From: Octopus vulgaris
Lineage: Eukaryota
Assembly: GCA_951406725.2 (NCBI GenBank)
Contig: OX597817.1
Span: 131,936,001-132,000,000, forward strand
Length of the DNA: 64,000 nt
Direction of reading: 5' to 3'
Made by a program: the position numbers and the translations under genes. Within the stretch, counting starts at the first letter, position 1. The number at the start of each line of letters is the position of its first letter. Below the pieces are notes generated by a model. It had not been told where the DNA came from, did no database searches, and saw only the letters and a program-made list of their open reading frames with translations. This document shows positions 52,264-64,000 of this stretch, in pieces.

Positions 52264-54152
52264 CTAGCAGATATACCCGGCCTTGCCCGGGTTAAATAGA
52301 ATAAGGAAATTTAAAAACGCCGTCTAGATCTCGAAGGTCTCAGCTGTTGGTAGCTGAGATACCAACTTTCTACATTAATAACTTTCCAACCCATGTCACC
52401 ATGGAACGTAGACGTCAAGTGAAATTTTAAAAGAAGGTTTTCAACTCATATATGTATATAAAGTAAATACGCGTATTTCAAAAACATATGTTGTGTAGCT
52501 TATTTCGTAACCAAAAAACAGGTACAGATTATAAGCAATGAAGGGCCGATTTTGGCGACTCATTTGACAGCGGTAGTAGAGAGCCAATCCGATGATAAAT
52601 CTGACATTAGATCTTGAAAGTTTGCATGAATCCTGGCTTAGTTAAATCTATTGTGGCTCGAAATAATGTCATCTGTAGTCACGCGTTGTATTGTCCGATT
52701 TTGTTTTTGAAGTGCTTGGAATCATGTTCAGTTGATGACCACAGTGTCTTCAATAGCTCTGGAGGTTAGGAGATTGCAGGGAGTTTAACCTTTTCAGCAC
52801 TGTAGCACAGTACATGTGTCTCTCCAGGTCACTTGCTTGTTTTGCACTGTATGCACTCAGTTGTCATTGCACCAATGGAAACTCTAGCATCATCTGCATA
52901 ATGAACTGCTGGATCATCAATGAAAGCTGCTTCATTGAAGTTGCTTCTCTGACCTTTGTTCTGCAGTGAAGATCCTATTCCTTAACAGCTGGTCATCACT
53001 TTGAGAAGATTTTGTAGTACACAGTCCGTTCATTTCTTGGTATACTTCCCTTTCTGCAGCTGTCTCTTTTTGCCTGGATAAAGACACTTTCCTTCTAGGC
53101 ATGGTTATATACATACACATAAATATACAGGTGCAGAAGATAGTAAACAATGAAATTAACTAGGTAACAGAAATTATATTTCTTAATACGACGGGTAGAA
53201 AGTAAATAAACATTTTTTATGGAAACTAAAGAATTGTACGGGTTGAAACGAAAAATAGCAGTGAACCAAAGAGCCAGTATCGAAGGAACCAGAACAAATC
53301 CGTTAACAACAAAATAACACAAAACTGTTGCAAAAGTAAATAAGAAATTTTTATGGAAATTAACTAAGTGTACTGATTTAAGAGAGATTTTTGAAGTTAC
53401 TTCTGTCAGTAAATTATGAACTTACTTTTATCAGTAATTCCGTCAACAAAAAAAAAACACAAAACCTTGCAAAATTAAATTAGAAATTTGTAGGCAAATT
53501 TAACGACGTGTACGGATTGAAGTGAAATTTATGAATTACTTCAGTTAGTAAATAATGTGTGAAATTACTTTCATCAGTCATTTTTGTCAGAATTTTTGTC
53601 ATTATTGTTTGTAAATAGTGATTGAAAACTTACAGAGAAACAAGAGCGATTGAACTTTAAGTGAAAATAATGATGTCTGAAATATGAAAGTGAAAACAAT
53701 AAAGAGTGAGTGAAATATATATATAGAGAGAGGAGAGAGAGATAGCTAGTTAGACAAATAATATAGAGAGATATATATAGATAAGACATAGACAGATAGA
53801 TACAGAGATATAGATCGGTATAGAGATAGAGATGGATAGACAGATATAGATAGTGAGATATAGAGAGATGGAGATACGCGTGAAAAGCGAATACACATAT
53901 ATCTCTAATTTGTATATAAGGTGAAATTATAATACTTTTTTCTGAAAGTTACTTCGCAAAGGGTTACATCCATTCTCCATGTAACCCAGGGACAAGTATT
54001 TTTTGCCTTCAGCGGATGGGAGCGTTATTCATTAGGTGAAAGATTTTAAGAATCTCAAACCATCTCCGAACGTAAGTAATGTATGTTCCCAGTTTGGAGA
54101 AAATCAGTTGAAAAATACGGCCATTATAATGTTTTACACACACACAACCACC

Positions 54153-54206
<54 letters not shown>

Positions 54207-54221
54207 GATTTATATTATAGA
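52264..54221 (-). mobile_element. Internally deleted Helitron with RepHel N-terminal pseudogene
   Basis: 5' end A|TCTATAATATAAATCTC at 54221. 3' hairpin CCCGG-GCAAGG-CCGGG then TATATCTG-CTAG ending at 52264. Coding relic 53102-52551: AAFIDDPAVHY..IGAMTTECIQCKTSK*PGE..KVKLP..PPELL..SKHFKNKIGQYN..QMT..TFKI*CQIYHRIGSLLP. Confidence 0.88.
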
Positions 54222-54336
54222 TATATATATATACATATATATACGCACACGCACAACGACACGCGCACTGACAACAATTTATATAAATTTCCGTATGATC
54301 TTCTGAGCCTCGGCGTATATTTGTTTTTATACTTCC

Positions 54337-54640
<304 letters not shown>

Positions 54641-55214
54641 AGCTATCTGCTATTTTAAAGTAGTAAGATACTTATTCAATACAAAGCAAAACTTAATCGA
54701 ACTCCTTGGATGTCAACCACCACCGATCACTTATGAGGCTCACCAACGCCACAAACGTCTGTAAGAATCAATATGTGGTTTGTACAACGTTTACATGTCA
54801 TTACCTGCAAGCTAACCGAATAAAAAGCTTGTTTGCTCAATATAACAAGCTGTTGCTTGTGGGCTATTTGTTTCCGATACATTCACGCTCAAAGCTAGCA
54901 GCCTATTTTTTCCTTATACATTCATACAGGTTGTCTTTTATTCGCTTAAGGCTTTCATTCATTGCAGTGCGGCCACGCTAGAGCAGTGCTATTCAAGGTT
55001 GGATTCGATCTCATCGACCCCTCGCACATATTTAGTTCGGTTAGACTATTTCTCATTCTCTCTTTATCGAACCGGCAAGTTTTCGTCCTGACATGAAAAG
55101 AAGTACCCGGACATACTGGTTTTCACCGGATAACTTAATCAGATGCTAGTAACAGAAGCGCGCGCGCACACACACTGATAGATAGATAAACAGACGGACA
55201 CACAGATACACACC

Positions 55215-55526
<312 letters not shown>

Positions 55527-57355
55527 CATTAAACATGATTACATCCTGTCTTGGTGCCGGCCTTTTTAGCTGTACAATTTTTCTGGTTTCTGAGAAGAGT
55601 TGATCAGGAAGAGTTCTCATGCTTGTTGTTGTCGTTATTATTGCCCTTTGTGTTGCCATTTCTGTTCAGATATTGAAATCTCCTACTGATTGTCACTAGT
55701 ACACCATCCTCTCCCGTTTATTTTCTACCGCTACTATAACGCCTCTGCTTTGCATAGCTGTCTAGACTCATGCTACCTCCACTTTGCTTAATACGTTAAT
55801 CCACTCTATATCTCTTTCCTCCTCTCAATTTCTCTCTCTCTCTCTCTCTCTCTCTGTATCTCTGTTTCTCTCCCGCTCCCTCTTTCACTCTATCATTATT
55901 TCTTTTACTACCACTCTACCACTCTCTAATGCAATGTATGACGAGAGATATCAGCCGAACAACCACCCGGCTATTATTACAGACATATGTTAATTTGAGT
56001 GTATACTCTATTAAGTTGATTATTCTCGCAAACACACATTGTGAAATGACGAAGTTCCTACGGCCCCTTCTGGATGTTGGGGTTATTTTTCATTTACACC
56101 GCATTTGTTTTGTGTGTTCGTACCAATATCAAAAACAATTTCTCAACTTTAAGCCCGATGAAAGGGCATCGCAGCAGTTGTAATTATTGATGGGAGATAA
56201 ATCAGGAAGGGAATCCAAATATGGAGAGTAAAGAGAAGCCTTAGATTATTTCAACTTCTCGAATGGATCCGGCCTCAATTGCTATTTGGTCATTATGATA
56301 CGACCTTGAGAGGAGGAGATAAATTTTATAAATCAACAATTTATATTATAACGTATTTGATATACAAGCATTTAGCTATGCTGTTCAGATACATGCCATT
56401 AGCCTTCCTGCATTATTTATCCTAATCATTTGTGTTTAAAGAATATGTATGTTTGTGTGTACTTCTTGTTTTGTATTATCATCATACGAAGAGATTGGTT
56501 TCTTTTTTTCGTCGTGTTTTACAAAAATGTAATTTGGACCAGACACATTCAGTGTCATTTTTCTATTAGCTGTTGTCTATCCAATACACTGTTTGAATAT
56601 AATATGATAAATTAATTGCCTATGCATTGTTCAATTATTCAGTATTCAAGACGCTCAAAATACAGTAGCAGCTTGTCCATAAATATGAGAGAAATGTAGA
56701 ATTTTATATATTAAACATATAAATAGCAATCTTTTTGAGTGTTTTGCGTATAATATTAACTTGAACATAAAGTGAACGAAATAATTTTGATCCATCGAAA
56801 CACAGATCCATTGAGTGTCAGATTTTTATTGCCATGATGGCGACCCATTTGCTTTAGAATGCTCTTTCTAGTTTATTTTATTTAAAACAGTATAAAAGCC
56901 ATTTAATAACAGCTTTTATAGACTAGGCATATGCTATCAGCTAGCTCTGGGTCAATGTATCTGTTGCCATATCGCTTGTTTTTGCAATGATAATGTCTCA
57001 AAAAAGAAAAAACATGGACGTCACGCAGTTTCGTTTCTATTCTGTTGTAAATTATTTTGTTCATGCGTACAAATAGCGTATATTGATTTCAATGCAGTTT
57101 GTATTGTCTTATTATTGTCAACAATTTAACCATATAATTTTGTATTAAAATGATGAAATATCATAGTTGATCTATAAAGAGATATGTGTACACAATAATA
57201 GAGTTCACAAAAGTAATTAAAACAACAGAAAAATATGTGAAAGCACAAAAAAGCCAGTGTATTGATTGATGTTGTAAAGAAATTATAATTCTATAAAAAA
57301 AAACTGAATCAGTGACTTTGCGGCTATATTAATATTTTGTTACTTTTTTTTTCAG

Positions 57356-57673
57356 ATGGTAATTGGCGTCTTTACGTCAATGGCACGAAAAGACAAAGCG
57401 GACGTGGTGCATCGGTGAATAAAGCAATTCCTTCGGATGGAGAACTGGTTCTCGGTCAAGCTTCTCGAGAAGGCGCTTATTTTGACACCACTTATGCTTT
57501 TGTCGGTGATTTAAGTCACTTTAACATCTGGGATTATGAAATGAAGCGCCAAGCAATTCGAAGCATGTATCAGTCCTGTGTATTTATGCATTGTGGAAAT
57601 GTTGTCCAATGGGCGGAATTTCGCAGTGGTACACGAGGAGCGATGCGTTTGCGCTGGCCTTCAGGGCTTGTCA
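57356..57673 (+). CDS. Internal exon, C-terminal half of the pentraxin/LamG-like domain
   Basis: Acceptor ttttttttttcag, donor A|GTAAGT, 318 nt, phase 1-1. Encodes DGNWRLYVNG...IPSDGELVLGQ...FVGDLSHFNIWDY...SC...GNVVQW, the motif order of SVEP1/adhesion-GPCR-type pentraxin domains. Confidence 0.93.
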
Positions 57674-58334
57674 GTAAGTATACATCTCGTTTTATGTCAC
57701 ACTGATATCACACACTTTCCTATATGGTATTTAATATCGGCAATATTTAGATGAAAGGCCATCTTATCTGATTAATATTCCGAAGCTGTAATAGTTAATC
57801 TGCAAGTCGCCGGTTTTGAATACGAAAATTATGGTTTATTGCAACCAGTTTGCTGCAGAAACATAGATATTCGTTAAATTTATCAGTTAATCTCTAGGCT
57901 TTTACTATAAACTCCTGTAAGTAACAAGATTAACTAGCGTCGCATTATTTTATATTCGACCACTTTCTGGAAATATAATTGGAATTTTCCAGTTAAAACA
58001 GTAGATCTAAGATGTAGAGTATGGCATTAAGTAATAAACTTAGAACATTTGCAGCAAAATATTTATTGCTTTTATTGGTGAATTGAAATAGAGCGAATAT
58101 GCTTAGATTGTCATATTATCGACTCGTGATTGGAAATATATTACATTAAGGCCAAAGCATTCAACGCAGCAAATGCCTGCCTGTTTCGAAGAGATTAGTG
58201 TCAAAGGCATTTGGGGCATTATGCGCCGATAATCTGAAGAGATTAAGTACATGGAAATTATCGGCAAATGCATTTGATGAATCGACCAACGGAATTTAAG
58301 TGACTGAAATATCCATCTATTAAGAAATTAGAAG

Positions 58335-58610
58335 CGTGGCTGTGTGATAAGAAGCTTGCTTGCAAATCATATGGTTCTGGGATCATTCCCACTGCGTGAC
58401 ATCTTAGAAAAGTGTTTTCTCGGGTCGCTCAAAGTCTTGTGAGTGGATTCGGTAAGCGGAAACTGGAAGAAGACCGTCGAATATGTATGCTCTGATTATT
58501 CCAGACTTTAAAAGAATAAGCACTGGGTTCGATTCATTCGACTAAAAATCCGTCAAGGTGATGCCCCAACATGGCCGAAGTGTAATGCCTGAAACTAGTG
58601 AAAGAAAATA
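58335..58610 (+). mobile_element. SINE family A, diverged and deleted
   Basis: Head, core and tail are recognisable. Confidence 0.75.
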
Positions 58611-58826
58611 TATAATAGAGAGAATTGCGGAGAGAAATGATAAAATTCAATGGGGGAAAAAGTGAGTTTCTTTTGAAGCAATATCGGTAGTAATTTCGAT
58701 TCTAAATTATTTGAAAGACTTTGCGTCTCTTCATCTGAAAATGCAATTAGTGTTTGTAGCGACATCTTCCTGAATCTAATTTATGTTCAAGCATAATTGA
58801 GTTGATTTGTCCTTTACCTATCACAG

Positions 58827-58875
<49 letters not shown>

Positions 58876-59295
58876 GTTTGTGTGTCTGTCAGGGGTGTAT
58901 ACTTGCCTATGTATGTGTGCAGTCGCGGACTGGGTCTAAAAGTATTGGTTCCCAGTAGACTAAGGGGGCCCACCCGTAACTACAATGCTATCGTTGAATT
59001 TTTCCTTTTTCTTTTAAAGTATTCTTTCCAACAGTCTACAAACACAGCCAGGCTGAAATAATTAATGCATTTTTCCAGTAGTGAGTAAAACATTCTCAAA
59101 CTTGAAGGGATGGGCTCCTTAGATACTAACATGAGCCCCCATGTATGGATTCTAATGGCACAAGGGCCCACTTGCCATCGGGCAAGCTGGCAAACTGGCC
59201 AGTCCGCCACTGTGTGTATGTAACAAAAGGTTTTACTAAACGAATTCTAAAATTTAAGATGGCGTCTGTATAGCATATTTCCGAATATTTTTCAG

Positions 59296-59361
59296 CCAAG
59301 CCTTGTTTTGATGAGCATGAGGCTGCCACAACATGTGACAAGCATTGCAGCGATGTCATTG
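59296..59361 (+). CDS. Small internal exon, Cys-rich linker after the pentraxin domain
   Basis: Acceptor atatttttcag, donor G|GTAAGT, 66 nt, phase 1-1, open in the required frame: TKPCFDEHEAATTCDKHCSDVI. Too short for the ORF track. Confidence 0.75.
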
Positions 59362-60007
59362 GTAAGTTCAGAAATCAATTTTCATTATTTACTAAATACC
59401 CATTCTCCTTAATGAATTGAATGCGTTCTTATGTGCGTTTTTGTTTATTATTTGATGTTCTCTTCATAAATGCGTCAACAATGCTAAACAGAGACAATTC
59501 TGAAAGACATGAAGTATACTCTGGACTTAACTAGAACGTGATTAATATAGAATTAATTTTTAATATATGTCATGAAGTTCTGTACACACATTGTTCTGAG
59601 AGAAGTCCACTCGTCTGACTGGCATTCTCTCACTAACGGACACCCTCCAGACTTTGGCCTATAGATATACTTTCCCCTCGGGCTCTCTTTTCTATCGATA
59701 CTATAACAATCTCTGCTCCTCAGCATTGGCTACTCTCATACCTTCATCCTTCAGTTACCACTCAATCCATTCGTCTCTCCATTTTTTGTCACCCTTGCTA
59801 TGTCCAACCCTCTTATTTCCTCGTACCTACCTATTACGCCTGATTCTTCTTTCTTAGAACATGGGGCTAATGGAGTTTCCTCTCTACTGGTATTCACAGT
59901 TTAAACGATTTACTAAGTTCGTGAATTTCCCGCGTCTCTGAAGCCCTGAAAGACTCATGGGCCAGGCATCTTCTTTAGGATATCCAAATTTGAACAAAAT
60001 ATATTGA

Positions 60008-60305
60008 ACAGGAGTGGCTGTGTGATAAGAAGCTTGCTTCCCAACTACATGGTTCCGGTTTCAGTCCCACCACGGGACACCTTGGGCAAGTGTTTCCTGC
60101 TTTAGCCTCGGGCAAACCAAAGTCTTCTGGGTGGGTTTGGTAGATGGAAACTGAAAGACGCCCGTCGTATATGCATATATATATTTATGTGTGTGTTTTT
60201 TTGTATCTGTGTTTGTTTCCCATCACCGCTTGACAGCCGGTATCGGTGTGTTTACGTCCCCGCAACTTTGCGGCACAGCATGTAGACCGTTAGAATGAGT
60301 ACCAG
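60008..60305 (+). mobile_element. SINE family A fused tail-to-tail with a family B fragment (about 60305-60430, -)
   Basis: Family A head and core, joined at the shared AGTACCAG motif to a reverse-oriented family B piece. Confidence 0.75.
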
Positions 60306-61174
60306 TGCTCTACTGGCATATATATTATCGATCCTAAAACGATGAAAAGAAGAGTCGGCCGCATTGGCATTCGAACTCAAAACGTCAGGCCGGAAGAAAT
60401 ACCACTAAGTACGTAGTCCGGTTCGCCGCATTTCAAACTGCTTTTCTTAATAAACCAGAACCGACCGATTGTTCCGTGAATGTAATACAAGGGAGAATTT
60501 AAGGTGAATCTAAAGTGAAATAGTTAGAGAGTTCATAAGGTACTGAACTATTTCATTGCTTCATAATCGATATTGATATCGATAAAATCAATGTGTTTTC
60601 CTCTCAGAAGTAAAGTATCTGAAGCAATTGAGCGGCTATGTTGAAAAGGCTTGTAATTGTTAAACCTTTCAACATTACTTAGATGCGCGGTTTAAGCTGC
60701 GAAATTTATGAGGACATTGCCAATGTACGCCATTTTGTGTTAAGATGTAATTATCGCTTTGTCATAGAGCTATAGGTAACCCTGATCGTCTTTTTCAGTG
60801 ATTCTCTGAAACTGCAGGGAGGGAGCGGAGTTGAGGGAGCGGGTGTGAGGAAGATATGTTCAGACCAGAAAACACTCGCATCACATGACATTTCTCTTTA
60901 CTAAATCAGGGATTATCAAGGGCTTACTAACACCAATTTCCTTTTTTACTCGCAGCATTCAGCCAACATCTTTTATCTCAGATTTGTTGTCACGACTAAT
61001 ATTCTTGAGCAGGTTTAGTAATTAATCCAAGGTTTAAATGACTTGTTGGTTACATTAAGTGTGTTAGAAATAATTATAGTTCCACGATGATATAATATAA
61101 CACTATACATTGTGTAGCATTTCGGCTACATTTATGGCAACCATACATACATACATACACACATACATATATAG

Positions 61175-61680
61175 AGACGACAGAGAAGATAAACTGTGCA
61201 CAGTAGTGGAAATTAACAGCCTGGCGGGTGGTGACATAAAGTTGAAAATCAGTGAAAAAAAGAACACCTATGCAGAACTATTGAGAAATCTTCTCTATCC
61301 AGATTACAAGTTCGGGTTCATACGTGAAATTATTGGTGTCCTGGGATATATAACACACTGCTTAAATAACAAACTTGAGAAATGAGGCTTCTCAGAACCA
61401 GAAAGGAGAAAGCTAATTCGAAGACTACAGATCCAATCCATCAGTGGAATTGTAAAAGTCTGTAAAACTTTCCAGAAGTTTATCATTTAAATATATATGA
61501 GCATGTCTAGATATGCAGCTATGTGCATGAGAATACATACATAAAACATACACACACATACATACAAATAAAAATACCCTGTTGTTTGTGTTGAAATTCC
61601 AATGAAGGAGCCCTGGATCTAGGTTATAAACCGGCTCTTTATCTATTGGCAAGAAATCTTGAAATAAACTGAATAATGAC
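61175..61680 (+). mobile_element. RLE-type LINE 3' fragment next to (CATA)n
   Basis: DREDKLCTVVEINS..DIKLKISEKKNTYAELLRNL.YPDYKF. 3' UTR shared with the 48710 copy. Confidence 0.85.
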
Positions 61681-61929
61681 ATATAGACATGCACGTATGA
61701 ATATACACTTACGAACATGCATTCATTTATGCATACATTTAAATGTACATTCATACACATATACATTCATATTTACATTCATACCTACACACATTCGTTT
61801 ATTCATAAATGCATATGTAAATACCGTGTCCTGGGATAAATACAGAAAACCTTCCTGTATAGACAAGGATATGTACATGGAATATTGGTGGAACATTGTT
61901 ATGAAAGCATCTACCAAGTGCGAGCATAG

Positions 61930-62745
61930 CGCTGGGCAAGAGAAATAAATTTATTGTCTGCTACCCAGACAAATGGTGCTGTATTAAACTAAATCGCGTA
62001 AGCTGATTCCGGATCTGGACTCAGAAGTGCTGCAGTACGTCAGGACTTTGAGTTATACTTCAGTTTTCTTTGAGAAACCACTAATGTTAGTCATGCAAAA
62101 GTAACAATCAGAGACATGATTGCTTGGCTCATGCCATACTATTGGTACAGCAAAATGCATTCTCTTCCGTTTTCCATTCAGCCGGTGTGTAAATCCTAAG
62201 TAACACACTGTGCAGCATATATGACGTGCCCACCTCTTGTCTTGGTCCCCAACCTTACACCCGAAATAATATTTATAGGCAATTTTTAATTTGGTGGCAA
62301 TGTTCTTCTGCACAGACATAACAAAAGTTGTCTGGGTGATACACACAGCCTCTCCTATTCATAATCTAACACAATTAAAACAGTAATCACGCAGTGCGAG
62401 AGATACACATAGCATACGTGATGGCTAGGCAAACGACACTGACGTATTTGGCACTTGCACACAATACCTCAGCGCCATCTTTTGCTAAACTAAATAATGA
62501 ACTTTCTCATCGTTTGTTTTATTGCTATTATTTTTTTTTTATTTTGAATTAAGACCGCTTTTCTTTTAACAAATTTATAATATGGCCTATATCTAACCGA
62601 AAATTTAGTTATAATCTTGTGCATCTTTACAACTCAAACTCCTGATGTGCTAGAACAATTCTGAGTGCAGATTCGGAACCAGCAGCCTTGAATTTGTCTC
62701 AAACACATGCTTTTACCCCAGTAGCAAAATCTTTGTTGTCCAGTG
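61930..62745 (-). mobile_element. Internally deleted Chapaev3-type (CMC superfamily) DNA transposon
   Basis: Termini CACTGGACAAC (62745, -) and CGCTGGGCAAG (61930, +). Flanks TAG/TAA (near-TWA 3-bp TSD). ORF 62053-62346 has AYKYYFGCKVGDQDKRWARHICC...FAVPIVWHEPSNHVSDCYFC, the characteristic N-terminal Cys/His domain. Confidence 0.82.
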
Positions 62746-63358
62746 TAATCAGACAGACATTGTTATTTGAGACAGGCAAGAAAAAATATACACCGTCAGA
62801 GAGACAAGCTACCACGATGGTGTGAATATCTCTTCAAAAACCAAACAGAAAGAGGATAACAACGGATAATCGCATCGAAACCTTCAGCTTCTATATAAAT
62901 ATGTGTACCAATGGTAATTGGTGCACTTCGTTTTCGCGAGTAAATACCTAAGTGACAATCTGTAAAATCTGGAGTTTTAATTCCAACCACATAACACGCA
63001 CATTAAAAACACAATCTGTAAGCGGAGAATAAAAATATGTAAGGATTTCTCAATTTTAGAATGTGAATGTTGTTTTTGCTATCAACATTTCACTGACGGA
63101 GTTTTCTATCTTTGTTACAAATGAGCTTGAGAAAGGTAATCCATTTCACATTGTTCTGTTGTATTCAAATGAAAATGAGTCCCGGACAACTGCTGTCGCA
63201 GCACACACTCTCTCTCTCTCCCTATCTCTCTTTCTATCTCTCTCTCTCCTTCCCTCCAGCTATTGCTCGTTGTTCGCACGATGAAAGGGTGGAAGAGTGT
63301 TCCTATGTCTACCTGCCACAGCATTGACTCACAGATACAAATTAACAACTACGATTAG

Positions 63359-63669
63359 ATTGGAGTAAAGATTGTTTGCCAACATAACATGGCAGTCCTG
63401 GTTTAAGACGAATGTTCCTGTAATTTAACCCCACGAGACATCGTCTCCAGCTGGCTATACGACACGATCTGTGTCCTTATATTTTCGAACAAGGGAATAT
63501 AAGGACACATATCGTGTCATAAAGCCAACCGGAGACGATGTCTCCTGGGGCTAAATTACAGCAACATTCGTCCTAAACCAGGACTGCCACGTTATATTGA
63601 CGAACAATCTTTACTCCAAAGCACTGTTGCTGAATATCTCTCGTTGTGAGATTTACAAATAGCAATTTT
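63359..63669 (-). mobile_element. Second copy of the asymmetric foldback element, inverted and centrally deleted
   Basis: Arms start GGAGTAAAGATT (63362) and end AATCTTTACTCC (63617). Extension 63618-63669 is the reverse complement of 34745-34796. Flanks are CTACGATTAG and CTAGGATTAG. Confidence 0.88.
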
Positions 63670-64000
63670 CTAGGATTAGGTCATCTGTTATAATCTATTT
63701 ACATCATGGGCTCATGAAAGAAATATTGCTTTCAAATTTTGGCATAGGGCCTGCATTTACAAGGCGTGTGGTAAGTTGGTTACAGCAAACCCAGTACTTA
63801 ACTAGTACTTGTTTTATCCACCTCGAAAGGAAACACGGCAAAGACAACCACTGGGAATATTGTACTCAGAACATAAAAATGAAGGAAATGCCGCGAACTT
63901 TTTGACCCGACGATTCTCGTCATGAAAGAAATATTCGTTTTCTACTCTAGGCACAAGCCCCAAAATTTTGGAGTAGGCGGGCCAGTCGATTAGATCAACC

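Noticed and set aside
58225-58265. Hammerhead-like GCCGATAAT-CTGAAGA...GAAATTATCGGC
   Set aside because: GAAA overlaps the closing strand, leaving no stem III or cleavage site, and stem II does not pair. A simple hairpin.
63260-63327. Possible terminal exon AIARCSHDERVEECSYVYLPQH*
   Set aside because: The acceptor tract is a CT microsatellite and there is no recognisable domain. Cannot be supported.

Overview
AT-rich, repeat-saturated eukaryotic DNA. The SINE families and microsatellite load suggest an octopus/coleoid genome (inference). One + strand host gene is visible, spread over very long introns. Four GT-AG exons, all phase 1-1 (33925-34044, 47292-47591, 57356-57673, 59296-59361), splice in frame into EGF-like + pentraxin/LamG-like domain + Cys-rich linker. 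A candidate signal-peptide first coding exon lies at 11626-11722, and no 3' end is identifiable. The rest is transposable-element debris: several tRNA-derived SINE families, a 5'-truncated Penelope-like element (RT C-terminus + GIY-YIG), restriction-like-endonuclease LINE fragments sitting in (TAA)n or (CATA)n microsatellites, Helitrons, a Chapaev3-type element, a mariner relic and several foldback/MITE elements. The most unusual signal is about ten minimal hammerhead-ribozyme-like motifs from several Penelope-type repeat families. One family carries CUGU-N-GA instead of the canonical CUGA-N-GA core in every copy. Most ORFs in the supplied track are microsatellite or SINE artefacts. All calls were made by eye, and TE boundaries are approximate unless termini are quoted.
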